A stretch of DNA of 64,000 bases from Candidatus Niyogibacteria bacterium (GTDB lineage: Bacteria > Patescibacteriota > Minisyncoccia > HO2-45-28), in contig CP066691.1 of assembly GCA_016432485.1 (NCBI GenBank), forward strand, positions 153,294-217,293, in the 5' to 3' direction. The notes beneath the pieces were generated by a model. That model saw nothing but the letters and a program-made list of their open reading frames with translations, ran no database searches and had not been told where the DNA came from. Positions 1-9,492 of the stretch are shown here, in pieces; the first letter of the stretch is position 1; every line of letters starts with the position of its first letter. A program made the position numbers and the translations under genes.

Positions 1-1986
1 CACTCTGCCGCTATTTTGCTGAATCACAAATTGGTCAGAACCGATATTCAAGCCCGTTGTGCCGAGAGTCGTAGTCGCGTTGGCAGTAATGTCAAAACTT
101 GAAGCCGTGGTTGAAAAAGTCGTTGTCGCTACTCCGCCTATGTATAATGTTTTAAAAATAGACGAAAGAGACGACGAAGCGTTCGGGATTGATAAAGTAG
201 ATGCGGATAGCGAACCGGTTATCGTCACATTCGAAGAAAAATTTGCCGAAGTTCCCGAGAAAGATTTTGAGGTGGATATTGTTATGTCATTGGGAATATC
301 ATCATCATCAAGAGAAGAAATATTATCGACGGTAACATTGGAAAGCGTAACTCCCGAGAGTCTGTCAATTCTATTTGTAAGAGCGATAGCGGCAAAATTG
401 TCATTGGCTCTTTTAGCGATTAAACTTTTTAACTCTGAAACCTCGGCAAGTATTCTGGCGTTAACTCCTGAAAGCGCCAGATCCAGCTGTTCTTTGGTAA
501 GAGTGCCGCTGGCTGACGCCGTTTGCACCACCGTTCTTTCAACCACTCTTTCTATAATAGCGGGCGCCTTAGATGAACCTACGGACACGGACGGCTCCAA
601 ACCCTGCGAGCGCAAAGTTAAAATTTCTTCAGCTTGCTCCGCCTTTAACGCGTTTTTTTCTTCGCCCCCCTTTTCACCCCTTTCTCCCATTACAGTTTCA
701 TCCTTTTCCGGCGGCTCCGGCAAACGAGTCAAAACTTCAAAAGTTTTATCATATATACCGACGAGCGTCTCTTTTGTTTTTTCAAGCGCCTTATCAACGC
801 CCCTGCTGGTTAAAGAGCCGGCATATTTGCCGATCTTCAAAGGAATTGATTCAATGCCGTCTATCGCGTAGGAGCCGGCTTTTTTACCCCACTCCAGGGA
901 CCGTGATTCCAGAATACTTTGATACATTCCAAACACGGCGTCTTTAGACGCCGCGGACACCTGTCCCAAAAATTGATGAACATCGTTTGAAGCTTTGGCA
1001 AAATTGAAATTCGGCAATTTAACCTTCGGAATTTTAAACTCTGAAATTTTAAAGTTTGGGGCCTTGAATTCCGGAACTTCCAATTTTGAAAGAATTTTAG
1101 ATTTTGAAATATTGAGTTCTGGAACTTTTAATTCTGAAAAAGTCTTAAACTTTGAAACACTAAGTTCTGGAAACTGAAACTTTGAAAAAATCTTAAACTT
1201 TGAAACCTTGAAACCTTGAAAATCAAAATCCGAAACCGCGGAAGTCAAATTATTAAATTTGGAGTTTAGAATTCCCAATTTATTTTGAATTTGGCGTTTA
1301 AGATTCGGGGCCTCCATGACCGATGCCGTCTTCTCAAAAGAATTATCCAAAACCAGCGCGCCTTGGTCTATAATATGTAAAATATCCTTTTGAATATCAG
1401 CGCCTTTGGCTTTTAAACTATTTAAACTCAAAAAAACCAGCTTTTCCGCGTTTGGAACTATATCCGAAACAGCTGATACCATTGCGTTTTTGAATTCATG
1501 GTATTTCGCCAAAGCCGCGTCCGGATTTCTCAAAATAAAAAAGCCCGCTAGAATGACCAGTAAAATTAAAGCAGAGGATTTCCACAAAAAAGCGTTTTGA
1601 ATTATCGGTTTTAAGAAATCCGACAGTTTTTTAAAGGATGAAGTTTTGGAATAATCATCGCCTAAAAGCAGCGTGTCCCAAGGATCACTTTTTTTAGACC
1701 ATGCCGAAAAAAATTTGTATATTGATTTGGAATTACTTTTTTGAGTATCGCTATCAAGTTTGGGTAATTCCGAAATTCGTTTGATCCCGGTATTTTCCGT
1801 AATAAAATTTTGCAAAACGGACTTTTCAATAAACCAAACGCCGTTTATTCTTTCAGCCGACAATTTATTTTCTTTGATTAATTGGCGCAGCCGTTCTTTA
1901 TGATAGCCGGCAAAAGAGGCCGCGTAAGTCAGCGACAAAAATTCTTTATCGTTTCTCCAAATTTTTGGAATTTGATGCCTGGCCAT
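1..1986 (-). CDS. Large membrane-anchored surface protein (partial, runs off the window start): N-terminal excisionase-like HTH, one TM helix, long Ser/Thr-rich extracellular region
   Basis: Hand-translated and not in the ORF track. ATG at 1986, MARHQIPKIWRNDKEFLSLTYAASFAGYHKERLRQLIKENKLSAERINGVWFIEK, then TM SALILLVILAGFFIL; frame appears open to position 1 (..GLNIGSDQFVIQQNSGRV). Confidence 0.8.
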   Translation of the reverse strand, partial: MARHQIPKIWRNDKEFLSLTYAASFAGYHKERLRQLIKENKLSAERINGVWFIEKSVLQNFITENTGIKRISELPKLDSDTQKSNSKSIYKFFSAWSKKSDPWDTLLLGDDYSKTSSFKKLSDFLKPIIQNAFLWKSSALILLVILAGFFILRNPDAALAKYHEFKNAMVSAVSDIVPNAEKLVFLSLNSLKAKGADIQKDILHIIDQGALVLDNSFEKTASVMEAPNLKRQIQNKLGILNSKFNNLTSAVSDFDFQGFKVSKFKIFSKFQFPELSVSKFKTFSELKVPELNISKSKILSKLEVPEFKAPNFKISEFKIPKVKLPNFNFAKASNDVHQFLGQVSAASKDAVFGMYQSILESRSLEWGKKAGSYAIDGIESIPLKIGKYAGSLTSRGVDKALEKTKETLVGIYDKTFEVLTRLPEPPEKDETVMGERGEKGGEEKNALKAEQAEEILTLRSQGLEPSVSVGSSKAPAIIERVVERTVVQTASASGTLTKEQLDLALSGVNARILAEVSELKSLIAKRANDNFAAIALTNRIDRLSGVTLSNVTVDNISSLDDDDIPNDITISTSKSFSGTSANFSSNVTITGSLSASTLSIPNASSSLSSIFKTLYIGGVATTTFSTTASSFDITANATTTLGTTGLNIGSDQFVIQQNSGRV

Positions 1987-2056
1987 AAAAGAGTGTTTAA
2001 TTCAATTTTATTTCTTATTTTGCCAAATAAGAAATAACAAATGTGGATAACTAAAA

Positions 2057-2168
2057 ACATTCAACATTCAATAATCAACATCCGATCAATATCCCGCGTT
2101 CAATTATTCAATTAAATGTTTAATCGTTGAATGTTGATTGAATATTGATTGTTGAGTATTGAATATTA
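2057..2168. repeat. Imperfect inverted repeat built from heptamer units (TTCAACA/TTCAATA vs TGTTGAA/TATTGAA)
   Basis: aacattcaacattcaataatcaaca... paired with ...ttgaatgttgattgaatattgattgttgagtattgaata. Confidence 0.6.
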
Positions 2169-2228
2169 AACTAAAAATTCCGCCATCTTGCGGAATCATC
2201 AACATTTATAAACTCTGATAAACATTCG

Positions 2229-3506
2229 CTATTTATTAAGGTTTTGATCTTTCAAAATAATATTTCTATATTCTAAAGCGCTTTTGCGTATTTTCCGCTC
2301 CATTGTCTTGTAATTAACTTCCACCAGGCCGAATCTGGGCCAATAACCCTTGTCCCACTCAAAATTATCCAAAAGCGACCAGTAAAAATAGCCCCGAACA
2401 TCGGCGCCCTCTTTCACTGCTTTGTTTACCCATTTCAGATGTTCTTTTATAAAATCGGCTCTTTTTTTGTCTTTAGCGTCCGCCAACCCGTTTTCAGTAA
2501 TGAAAATCGGCTTCTCGTATTTCGCCAAATTCTTCAAAACTTTATAAATCCCTTCCGGATATATTTCCCAACCCAAATCACTTACTTCCTTATCTTCATT
2601 AAATTGAATCCCCCACTTTGATTTCCAAATGTTAAAACGGATACGCGAATGATAATAATATTGCAGACCTATAAAATCGGCGCTTTCCACAAACCTATCC
2701 AAAAAAGGATTGTTTCTCCACCACTTGAGCAATCCCGTCAGTAATAAATTATACGGCCAATAATCATACGACTCAAAATAAACTAAGCTTTCCGTAAAAC
2801 CCACCTGACAATGTTTATTAATCTTTTTGATAATTTTATATGCGCGTTGGTGCCCTCTAAAAATATTTTTAAGCACACGATATGCCTTAAAAATATTCTT
2901 TTCGGCTGGTGGACGCCCGCCAAACAAACGGCCGGTAAGATAACCGTGGCGAGCGAATGTCTCCGGCTCATTTACGGTTGTCCAAAATTTAACATCGCTC
3001 TCAAAAGCGCTGACAATTTTTGCGGCATATCTCTCAAAAAATTTTATATTGCCTTTTTTCGTCCAGCCGCCTAGTTTAGAAAACCAGATGGGCAATGTCC
3101 AGTGCCAAAGCGTTACAAAGGGCTCAATCCCGCGTGTTTTCAAAGCGTTAATGACCTCGCGGTAATGTTCAATTTCTTTTTCGTTAAATTTCCCTTCCTC
3201 CGGTTCAATCCGCGACCACTCTATTGAAAAACGATGGGCGTTGTGGCCGAGCGATTTGGCGATGTCAAAATCCTCTTCATAGCGATTATAATGATCACAG
3301 GTCCTGCCCGAAATATAATTTTCGCGCCTCAAGGGGCCGGGATAGTCATTTAATATATAATCGGGATAATTTTTATTTAGCGCCTCTTTGGCAAGACGCG
3401 CCGCGTTTTCTTTCTCCCAGTCTGACCAATCGTTAATGTTACCCCCCTCAACCTGATGCGCGGAAGTAGAAGAACCCCAATAAAAATGTTCAGGAAAACC
3501 GTTCAT
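2229..3506 (-). CDS. Glycoside hydrolase family 1 (beta-glucosidase-like)
   Basis: FPEHFYWGSSTSAHQVEGG N-terminus, catalytic TVNEP and ITENG motifs, WSLLDNFEW. Confidence 0.93.
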   Translation of the reverse strand: MNGFPEHFYWGSSTSAHQVEGGNINDWSDWEKENAARLAKEALNKNYPDYILNDYPGPLRRENYISGRTCDHYNRYEEDFDIAKSLGHNAHRFSIEWSRIEPEEGKFNEKEIEHYREVINALKTRGIEPFVTLWHWTLPIWFSKLGGWTKKGNIKFFERYAAKIVSAFESDVKFWTTVNEPETFARHGYLTGRLFGGRPPAEKNIFKAYRVLKNIFRGHQRAYKIIKKINKHCQVGFTESLVYFESYDYWPYNLLLTGLLKWWRNNPFLDRFVESADFIGLQYYYHSRIRFNIWKSKWGIQFNEDKEVSDLGWEIYPEGIYKVLKNLAKYEKPIFITENGLADAKDKKRADFIKEHLKWVNKAVKEGADVRGYFYWSLLDNFEWDKGYWPRFGLVEVNYKTMERKIRKSALEYRNIILKDQNLNK

Positions 3507-3528
3507 AAATTTTTAATTAGAAATTAGG

Positions 3529-4206
3529 TTAATTTTGATTTTTTCGCCTCCATTCTTGTATCTTTTTATGGTTTCCGGAAAGCAAAACTGCCGGAACTGC
3601 ATACTTTTTCCCCTTGTATTTCAAAATCTCCGGACGAGTATAGTGGGGATATTCCAGCCCCTTGCCGCCTACCACCTCTTTTTTAACCAAAAGATTAAAA
3701 TGTGATTCTTCTTTCAATGACTCCCATTTTATCGCGCCGGGCAGAAGGCGCGTTACGGCCGAAACTAAAACCATAGTCGCTACATCGCCGTCGGTCAAAA
3801 CATACGGCCCTATGGAAATCTCTTCGGCCTTCAAAGCGATTTTTACTCTTTCATCTATGCCTTCGTATCTCGCGCTGATAAAAATTAACTGTTTATAATT
3901 TTTTGCCCAATCGCGCGCGATTTTTTGATTGAACTGCCTGCCTTTGGCGGAAAGTAAAACTACTTTTTTAACACCTTTCTTTTTTATATTTCCGTATGCT
4001 TTTAAAATCGGCTCCGCCTTCATCACCATTCCCGCGCCTCCGCCATACGGCTTATCGTCTACCGTAAGGTATTTATCTTTCACAAAATTCCGCGGATTGA
4101 AAAAGTTAATTTTAATCAAACCGCGCTTTTGCGCGCGTTTTAAAATGGAGGAATTAAAATAGGATTCAAAGGCCTCGGGAAAAATAGTTATAATATTGAA
4201 GTTCAT
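3529..4206 (-). CDS. trmD: tRNA (guanine37-N1)-methyltransferase
   Basis: VDDKPYGGGAGMVM, RYEGIDER, SIGPYVLTDG, EYPHYTRP, LLSGNH. Confidence 0.96.
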   Translation of the reverse strand: MNFNIITIFPEAFESYFNSSILKRAQKRGLIKINFFNPRNFVKDKYLTVDDKPYGGGAGMVMKAEPILKAYGNIKKKGVKKVVLLSAKGRQFNQKIARDWAKNYKQLIFISARYEGIDERVKIALKAEEISIGPYVLTDGDVATMVLVSAVTRLLPGAIKWESLKEESHFNLLVKKEVVGGKGLEYPHYTRPEILKYKGKKYAVPAVLLSGNHKKIQEWRRKNQN

Positions 4207-4273
4207 GGTTTAAAAGTTAAAACAAAAACCGCACTATCTATGATAGCACGGTTTTTGTCGGACTCGCAGTGAT

Positions 4274-4576
4274 TTAAAGTTTCAAATCGTCTACTTCGCT
4301 TGAAACTCTGGGACCGCGGCCTCCTTCCGGTTCCTCAATCTTCAAATTGACGCGGGAACGGTTTTTCAATCCAACCACGCGCAAAAGCGTGCGGATCGCC
4401 TTGGCGGTATTGCCTCCGCGGCCGATTATCTTTCCCATATCAGCCGGGTCAAGCTTGAGCGTCAGTAAAACGCCCATTTCATCAACCTTGCGGTCGACTT
4501 CAACCGATTTCGGAGTGTCAACAAGGCTTTTGATCACGAACTCCAAAAACTCTTGATCTATGTATTTTTCAGCCAT
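4274..4576 (-). CDS. khpA: KH-domain RNA-binding protein KhpA/YlqC (start moved to MAEKY)
   Basis: DMGKIIGRGGNTAKAIRTLLR; typical position upstream of trmD. Confidence 0.88.
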   Translation of the reverse strand: MAEKYIDQEFLEFVIKSLVDTPKSVEVDRKVDEMGVLLTLKLDPADMGKIIGRGGNTAKAIRTLLRVVGLKNRSRVNLKIEEPEGGRGPRVSSEVDDLKL

Positions 4577-4700
4577 ATTGCTGTTTCTGTCGTAAGGATT
4601 AATGGTAATCGTATTCAGTAGCCATGCCCCGAATCCAGGGGCTCGACCGTTCAGCCGTAAGGACATTGACCCGCCGGCCTACGCTACCTTTATTGGACCC

Positions 4701-4728
4701 ATTATAGCAAACTGCGCGAATAAGTCAA
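4701..4728 (-). promoter_or_regulatory. Sigma70-type promoter for khpA-trmD
   Basis: TTGACT-16bp-TATAAT with extended TG on the minus strand. Confidence 0.6.
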
Positions 4729-4756
4729 GTGTAACGATAACAACGAGACAAGACAC

Positions 4757-5305
4757 TTATTCCTGTATTTCGCGCCTTTTGCGTTCAACCATTCCTTCAA
4801 ATTCAGCGTTAAATTTATCCATCTTTTTCTGAAGCTCGTCTTTGAGACGGAATTTCTCGTCTTCTGAAATTTCGCCAAGGCGTTCTTTTGCCTGAATGTC
4901 TTTCCAAACTTCGTCGCGTTCACGCCTCAAAACTATTCTGGATTCCTCCAATTTCTCTCCGGCTAATTTTAAAAGAATCTGCCTGTTTTCGCCCGTTAAA
5001 GCGGGCAAAATTACTCTTATGACATCTTTATCCGCTACGGGCTGAAGGCCCGAGTTGGATGAACGTATGGCCTTTTCTATCGGCTCCAATGAATTTTTAT
5101 CCCAGGGCCGTATTACTAAAGTTCTGGCATCCTGCACGCTGATTGAAGCCAGACCATCCAAACTCATTTTGCTTCCGTAGCAATCAACTGTTATATCCTT
5201 AACCAGCGCGGGGCTCGCGCGACCGGTCCGTATAACCCCGAGCTCTCCAGAAAGCCATTCTCCGGTTTTTTTGGCCTCGTTTTCAAATTTTGATAAATCG
5301 TACAT
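4757..5305 (-). CDS. frr: Ribosome recycling factor
   Basis: IRTGRASPALV, RTLVIRPWD, LPALTGENR, ISEDE. Confidence 0.95.
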   Translation of the reverse strand: MYDLSKFENEAKKTGEWLSGELGVIRTGRASPALVKDITVDCYGSKMSLDGLASISVQDARTLVIRPWDKNSLEPIEKAIRSSNSGLQPVADKDVIRVILPALTGENRQILLKLAGEKLEESRIVLRRERDEVWKDIQAKERLGEISEDEKFRLKDELQKKMDKFNAEFEGMVERKRREIQE

Positions 5306-5364
5306 ATTAAAAATTATTAATTTCTAATTAACCTGATTATTCTAATTGTCCTAATAAAATTATT

Positions 5365-5985
5365 TTAATAAATTAATAAATGAGTTAGATATTCAAGACA
5401 CATTTTTCGGCCGATATTAAAAACCGCGGAGGATTCTCTGGCTTGACGTATTTTTAAAATGAATTCGTGTCTATTTTCATCCATTGCCCGGCGTTCCAGA
5501 CCGTCCAAAAAAACGCTGAATTTTTCCGGGTCTTCGGCCATTGTCATTATCATTTTTGAGCGGGAAATATAGTCGGCTTTTACGAATTCTGATATTGTGT
5601 CGGACTTTTCGGCGCCTTCATCAAGAGTAATTTCAACCAACCTTGAACGCAAAGTCTGAGGCAGCGTATCTGAATGTTCGGTCAACAATAAAAAATGCCG
5701 GCCGGGCAGGGCGTCCTCAATAGTTTTAAGAACGGCCTGGGGAACATAACGGCTTATTTTTGCCGCGTTCAAAATGAAAAACGAGCGTTCGGATTCGCCT
5801 ACGCTTTGCAAAGATTTTTCTTTAAGCTGTCTGGCTTCTTCAATCCCGATTACGCCGTCAAACAAAAAAACTTCGCCGCGCTTTTTAAGAGAATCCGTCA
5901 ATTCCGAAACGTTAATTTTCCCGATTAAAAGGTATCCGTTTGCCAAAAGGCCGCGTTTTATGTGATTCTCAAGAACCTTGTGCAT
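5365..5985 (-). CDS. holB: Reduced DNA polymerase III delta-prime-like subunit
   Basis: IGIEEARQL, QAVLKTIED and TLPQTLRSRL resemble clamp-loader delta-prime motifs; short and divergent. Confidence 0.65.
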   Translation of the reverse strand: MHKVLENHIKRGLLANGYLLIGKINVSELTDSLKKRGEVFLFDGVIGIEEARQLKEKSLQSVGESERSFFILNAAKISRYVPQAVLKTIEDALPGRHFLLLTEHSDTLPQTLRSRLVEITLDEGAEKSDTISEFVKADYISRSKMIMTMAEDPEKFSVFLDGLERRAMDENRHEFILKIRQARESSAVFNIGRKMCLEYLTHLLIY

Positions 5986-5988
5986 TAT

Positions 5989-6127
5989 CCCAGTACGGCT
6001 AAATCGAAAGTTTCTTGCTAAATTCGCAAGCCAACATCCGATTCTTTCGCTTAAAATTTAACTCGTAATAATACATAATTATACCACCCAAGAAACTAAA
6101 TTTAGCATTCGATTTAGCCGTACTGGG
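5989..6127. mobile_element. 139-bp MITE with perfect 20-bp terminal inverted repeats and a 4-bp TTAT target duplication
   Basis: CCCAGTACGGCTAAATCGAA (5989-6008) / TTCGATTTAGCCGTACTGGG (6108-6127); TTAT at 5985-5988 and 6128-6131. Confidence 0.85.
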
Positions 6128-7141
6128 TTATCTTTTTCCAAGCAAACTCTTTTTATAAATTCCGAGGTGGTCCAAAGCGATGCCGGTCCCTTTAGCCACG
6201 CAGAAAAGCGCGTCTTCGGCGACATAAGCTTTAACGCCCGTGGCCCTATAGACGAGTTCGGTGATATTACGCAAAAGCGATGTTCCGCCGGTCATTATAA
6301 TCCCCTGGTCTATTATATCCGAGGACAGTTCAGGCGGAGTTTCGTGCAAAACCGATTTTATGGCTTTGGTTATTTCGCGAAGCTCGTTTTCAATGGCCTT
6401 AGCCGCTTCATTGGTTGAAATTTCCGTACTTCGCGGAAGACCGGTAAGAAAATCGCGGCCCTTAATCAGATAAGAATCTTCTTCGTCCAGCGTGATGGCC
6501 GACCCTATAGCTATTTTTATTTCTTCCGCGGTTCTGTCTCCAATCGCCAAATTAAAAGCCTTTTTCACGTAATCCGCTATGGCTTTGTCTATTTTGTTTC
6601 CGGCGACTTTAACAGAAGTTGAAGCAACAATGCCGCCAAGCGATATTACCGCGACATCAGTCGTCCCGCCGCCTATGTCCACTATCATATGCCCTGTCGG
6701 CTCCTGTATCGGAATTCCCGCGCCAATCGCGGCAAGAATCGGTTCTTTCATTACATAGGCCTGCTTGGCGCCGGCTTTTAACGCGGCCTCAACCACCGAC
6801 CTTCTCTCCGCCGAAGTTACGCCGGCAGGCGCCGAAACCAAAACATCCGGTTTAAAAAGATTCCACTGGCCAAGCGACTTACCTATATAGTAACGGAGCA
6901 TTGCTTCGGTCACGCGATAATCGGCAATAACGCCGTCTTTCATCGGGCGATAAGCCATTATGCTGTCCGGCGTTTTGCCTATCATTTCTCTGGCCTCGTT
7001 GCCTACGGCCAATACTTTATTTTCCGGCACCGAAACCGCGACCACGGAAGGTTCGTTGAGCACTATTCCCCTTCCCGGCACGAAAACCAAAGTGTTCGCC
7101 GTTCCAAGATCAATGCCTAATTTTTTGATGAATAAAGACAT
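6128..7141 (-). CDS. mreB: Rod shape-determining actin homologue MreB
   Basis: GIDLGTANTLV, EPSVVA, RPMKDGVIAD, VDIGGGTTDVAVISLGG. Confidence 0.97.
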   Translation of the reverse strand: MSLFIKKLGIDLGTANTLVFVPGRGIVLNEPSVVAVSVPENKVLAVGNEAREMIGKTPDSIMAYRPMKDGVIADYRVTEAMLRYYIGKSLGQWNLFKPDVLVSAPAGVTSAERRSVVEAALKAGAKQAYVMKEPILAAIGAGIPIQEPTGHMIVDIGGGTTDVAVISLGGIVASTSVKVAGNKIDKAIADYVKKAFNLAIGDRTAEEIKIAIGSAITLDEEDSYLIKGRDFLTGLPRSTEISTNEAAKAIENELREITKAIKSVLHETPPELSSDIIDQGIIMTGGTSLLRNITELVYRATGVKAYVAEDALFCVAKGTGIALDHLGIYKKSLLGKR

Positions 7142-7144
7142 AAT

Positions 7145-8452
7145 TCAATTAATTCGCTTTATATCCGCGCCGATTGAAACCAGTTTTTGCTCTATGGCCT
7201 CATAGCCTCTATCGATATTATAAACATTGTGAACTATAGTCTGTCCTTTCGCAATGAGGCCGGCGATAACAAAAGCGAGCCCTGCCCTTAGATCCGGACT
7301 TTCCATTTCCCGTCCTGAAAGAGGGGTCGGGCCCAAAATAATGACCCGGTGAGGATCACACAAAGTTATATTGGCGCCCATTCTGACAAGTTCGCTCACA
7401 TATTCCAGACGGCCGTCAAAAATAGTTTCAAAGACTTGGCTTTTCCCTTCGGCTTGAGTTAAGAGGACGGTAAAAGGCGCTTGCAAATCCGTGGCAAAAC
7501 CCGGGTACTCGCTTGTTTTGACATCAAGCGCCGATAATTTTTTGGGCCTTGAAACAGAAACCCAGTCGGGACCTCTTTTTATTTTTACGCCTGCCGCCTC
7601 AAGATGGGCTATTAAACTCAAAAGATGCAGGGGCTTACAATTTTTAATTTTTAATCCGCCGGCGCGGGAACTCGACAAAAGAGCTCCGAGAATAAGAAAA
7701 CCCCCGGCCTCAATTCTGTCAGGAATAACTTCAAATGGGTCGCGGGCAATCAATCTCCCCTTTTGCCCAAGCCCTTCTATAATAATGGTATGAGTGCCGG
7801 CGCCTTTTATTTTCGCGCCGGAATTATTTAAAAAATCAGCCAGGCTTTCTATTTCCGGCTCCTCGGCGCAATTTCGTAAAATTACTTTGCCGTCCGCCAA
7901 AACCGACGCCATCATCAATGTTTCTGTCGCGGTAACGCTCGGCGTGCGATAAGCAAAATCGGCTGATTTAAGTTTTTTGGCTTCAAAAAAATAATGTCCG
8001 CCTTCTTCGCGCGTTTTCGCGCCCATCGCTTTCAGGCCTTCCACGAAAAAATTTATCGGCCTCTTGCCTATAACACATCCTCCGGGGTGGGGCATGGAAA
8101 CCTTGCCGTAACGGGCGAGCATCGGCCCCAAAAGCACCACCGAAGCCCTTAAACTTTTGGTAATATTTTCGTCTAAATCTGTTTTGGCGTTTTCCGGCGC
8201 TTCTATAGAAAAAGCTCCTTTGCCGTAATTTGCTACCCTGACTCCGATTGAAGCCAATAATTCTTTCATTCTGAAAATATCCTCAATTTGCGGAACATTT
8301 TTAACCCGCACCTGGCCATCAAAAAGAAAAGAGGCGGCAAAAACCTTAAGGGCGCCGTTTTTAACTCCCGAAACCTCAACCTCTCCTTTCAAGGCCTTGC
8401 CGCCGTTGATTATAAATTTAGCCACATCCATATTATAAAGCGCGCGCGGCAT
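7145..8452 (-). CDS. murA: UDP-N-acetylglucosamine 1-carboxyvinyltransferase
   Basis: LRASV, PGGCVIGKRP (catalytic Cys), PDRIEAG, YPGFATDLQ, DLRAG, IDRGYE. Confidence 0.96.
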   Translation of the reverse strand: MPRALYNMDVAKFIINGGKALKGEVEVSGVKNGALKVFAASFLFDGQVRVKNVPQIEDIFRMKELLASIGVRVANYGKGAFSIEAPENAKTDLDENITKSLRASVVLLGPMLARYGKVSMPHPGGCVIGKRPINFFVEGLKAMGAKTREEGGHYFFEAKKLKSADFAYRTPSVTATETLMMASVLADGKVILRNCAEEPEIESLADFLNNSGAKIKGAGTHTIIIEGLGQKGRLIARDPFEVIPDRIEAGGFLILGALLSSSRAGGLKIKNCKPLHLLSLIAHLEAAGVKIKRGPDWVSVSRPKKLSALDVKTSEYPGFATDLQAPFTVLLTQAEGKSQVFETIFDGRLEYVSELVRMGANITLCDPHRVIILGPTPLSGREMESPDLRAGLAFVIAGLIAKGQTIVHNVYNIDRGYEAIEQKLVSIGADIKRIN

Positions 8453-8528
8453 TTTATCTATACGCTAAAATTGATATTTAACGGCTTAAATATTAGTATT
8501 TAATTGGATATCCTGGAGGGCGCCGATC

Positions 8529-9080
8529 TTGAAAAAAACCGCTATCAGCGTCTTTTTACTGATTTTGTCAACGGCTTTAATTTATTGCGGCGCAGCACAG
8601 GCATCTACCAAAAACAACTCCGCGTATAATTTCGGCGTGGTGAAAAAGGGCGCCGTTTACCGTTCGGCCCAACCTTCAAAGATTTTTCTTGAGCGTGTTA
8701 TTCAGGAAAAGAAAATCAAAACAATCCTTAACCTGCGCGGCCATCGCGGCGAAAACGCATTTGAACGCGAGGTGGCGAAATCCGGCAAAATTTCCTTATT
8801 TGAGTTTCGCCTGCGAGTTGAGAATATGGATTTCAATATGGTTGAAAGGGCTTATAAAGTTTTGGCTGACCCCAAAAATCATCCGATTCTGGTTCATTGC
8901 CTTGTTGGAGCTGACAGGACGGGTTTACTGGTAGCGCTTTTTCGCATCCGGGAACAAAATTGGCCCCTTGAAAATGCCATGGAAGAAATGCTTTTTTACT
9001 GGCACGACCCGAAAATGCTTCCGCGATTTCAGCAATATCTGAAAAAGCAGTATCTCTTGTTAAATCGGCTGAAATATTGA
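8529..9080 (+). CDS. Exported protein-tyrosine/dual-specificity phosphatase family protein (Siw14-like)
   Basis: Signal peptide ending AAQA; YRSAQP, IKTILNLRG, HCLVGADRTG (CX5R). Confidence 0.85.
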   Translation: MKKTAISVFLLILSTALIYCGAAQASTKNNSAYNFGVVKKGAVYRSAQPSKIFLERVIQEKKIKTILNLRGHRGENAFEREVAKSGKISLFEFRLRVENMDFNMVERAYKVLADPKNHPILVHCLVGADRTGLLVALFRIREQNWPLENAMEEMLFYWHDPKMLPRFQQYLKKQYLLLNRLKY

Positions 9081-9137
9081 AAATGCCGTGGAAAGCAAAA
9101 ACTTGACAATTAACATACTTCTATATTATACTTTTAG
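9068..9137 (+). promoter_or_regulatory. Dispersed ~70-bp promoter element, copy 1 (TTGACA 9103-9108, TATACT 9127-9132)
   Basis: Near-identical to 19090-19158 (GCTGAAATATTGAAAATGCCG..AAAAACTTGACAA..CTTCTAT.TTATACTTT). Confidence 0.75.
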
Positions 9138-9187
9138 CCAGTGTTCCGGTAGTATAATTCAACTCAACAAGAACAGGGAGGTAAACC

Positions 9188-9352
9188 ATGAAAAATGTCT
9201 TGATTCTCACACTGACTGGCCTTTTTGTGGGCGTTATAGTGGCACTGGGGATATCAAACTTCTCTTTCCTGCCAATGTCGGCGGGGGGCGCAATCGCGGG
9301 ACTTTCTGCGTTTGCGAGCATGTTCTTAATTCAACCGTTCCTCTATCGATGA
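9188..9352 (+). CDS. 54-aa hydrophobic microprotein with two predicted TM segments
   Basis: Hand-translated MKNVLILTLTGLFVGVIVALGISNFSFLPMSAGGAIAGLSAFASMFLIQPFLYR; SD GGGAGGT, consensus promoter upstream, terminator downstream. Confidence 0.7.
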   Translation: MKNVLILTLTGLFVGVIVALGISNFSFLPMSAGGAIAGLSAFASMFLIQPFLYR

Positions 9353-9382
9353 TAGACGGCGAATACCGTCATCCATCATCAG

Positions 9383-9419
9383 GCCTCGTGCGACCACTCG
9401 CACGAGGCGTTTTTTATTT
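9383..9419 (+). terminator. Intrinsic terminator
   Basis: GCCTCGTGCGA-CCAC-TCGCACGAGGC followed by a T-tract. Confidence 0.8.
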
Positions 9420-9492
9420 ACCAAATTTTAAGGCATTTTCACCTTTCCATTCTCTTTTTAATGTTTTAAAATTTAAAATAACTCCAAACATA

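Noticed and set aside
59-1600. Plus-strand ORFs 59..871, 573..947, 995..1177 and 1406..1600
   Set aside because: Antisense shadows of the long minus-strand surface-protein ORF.
2042-2170. Possible replication origin (DnaA box plus AT-rich repeats)
   Set aside because: Only one box, no dnaA/dnaN nearby, and similar single boxes occur throughout the window.
9088-9492. 135-aa N-terminal extension of DnaE in the ORF track
   Set aside because: The region holds a separate promoter, microprotein gene and terminator; DnaE homology begins at MSFVHLHTHS (9493).
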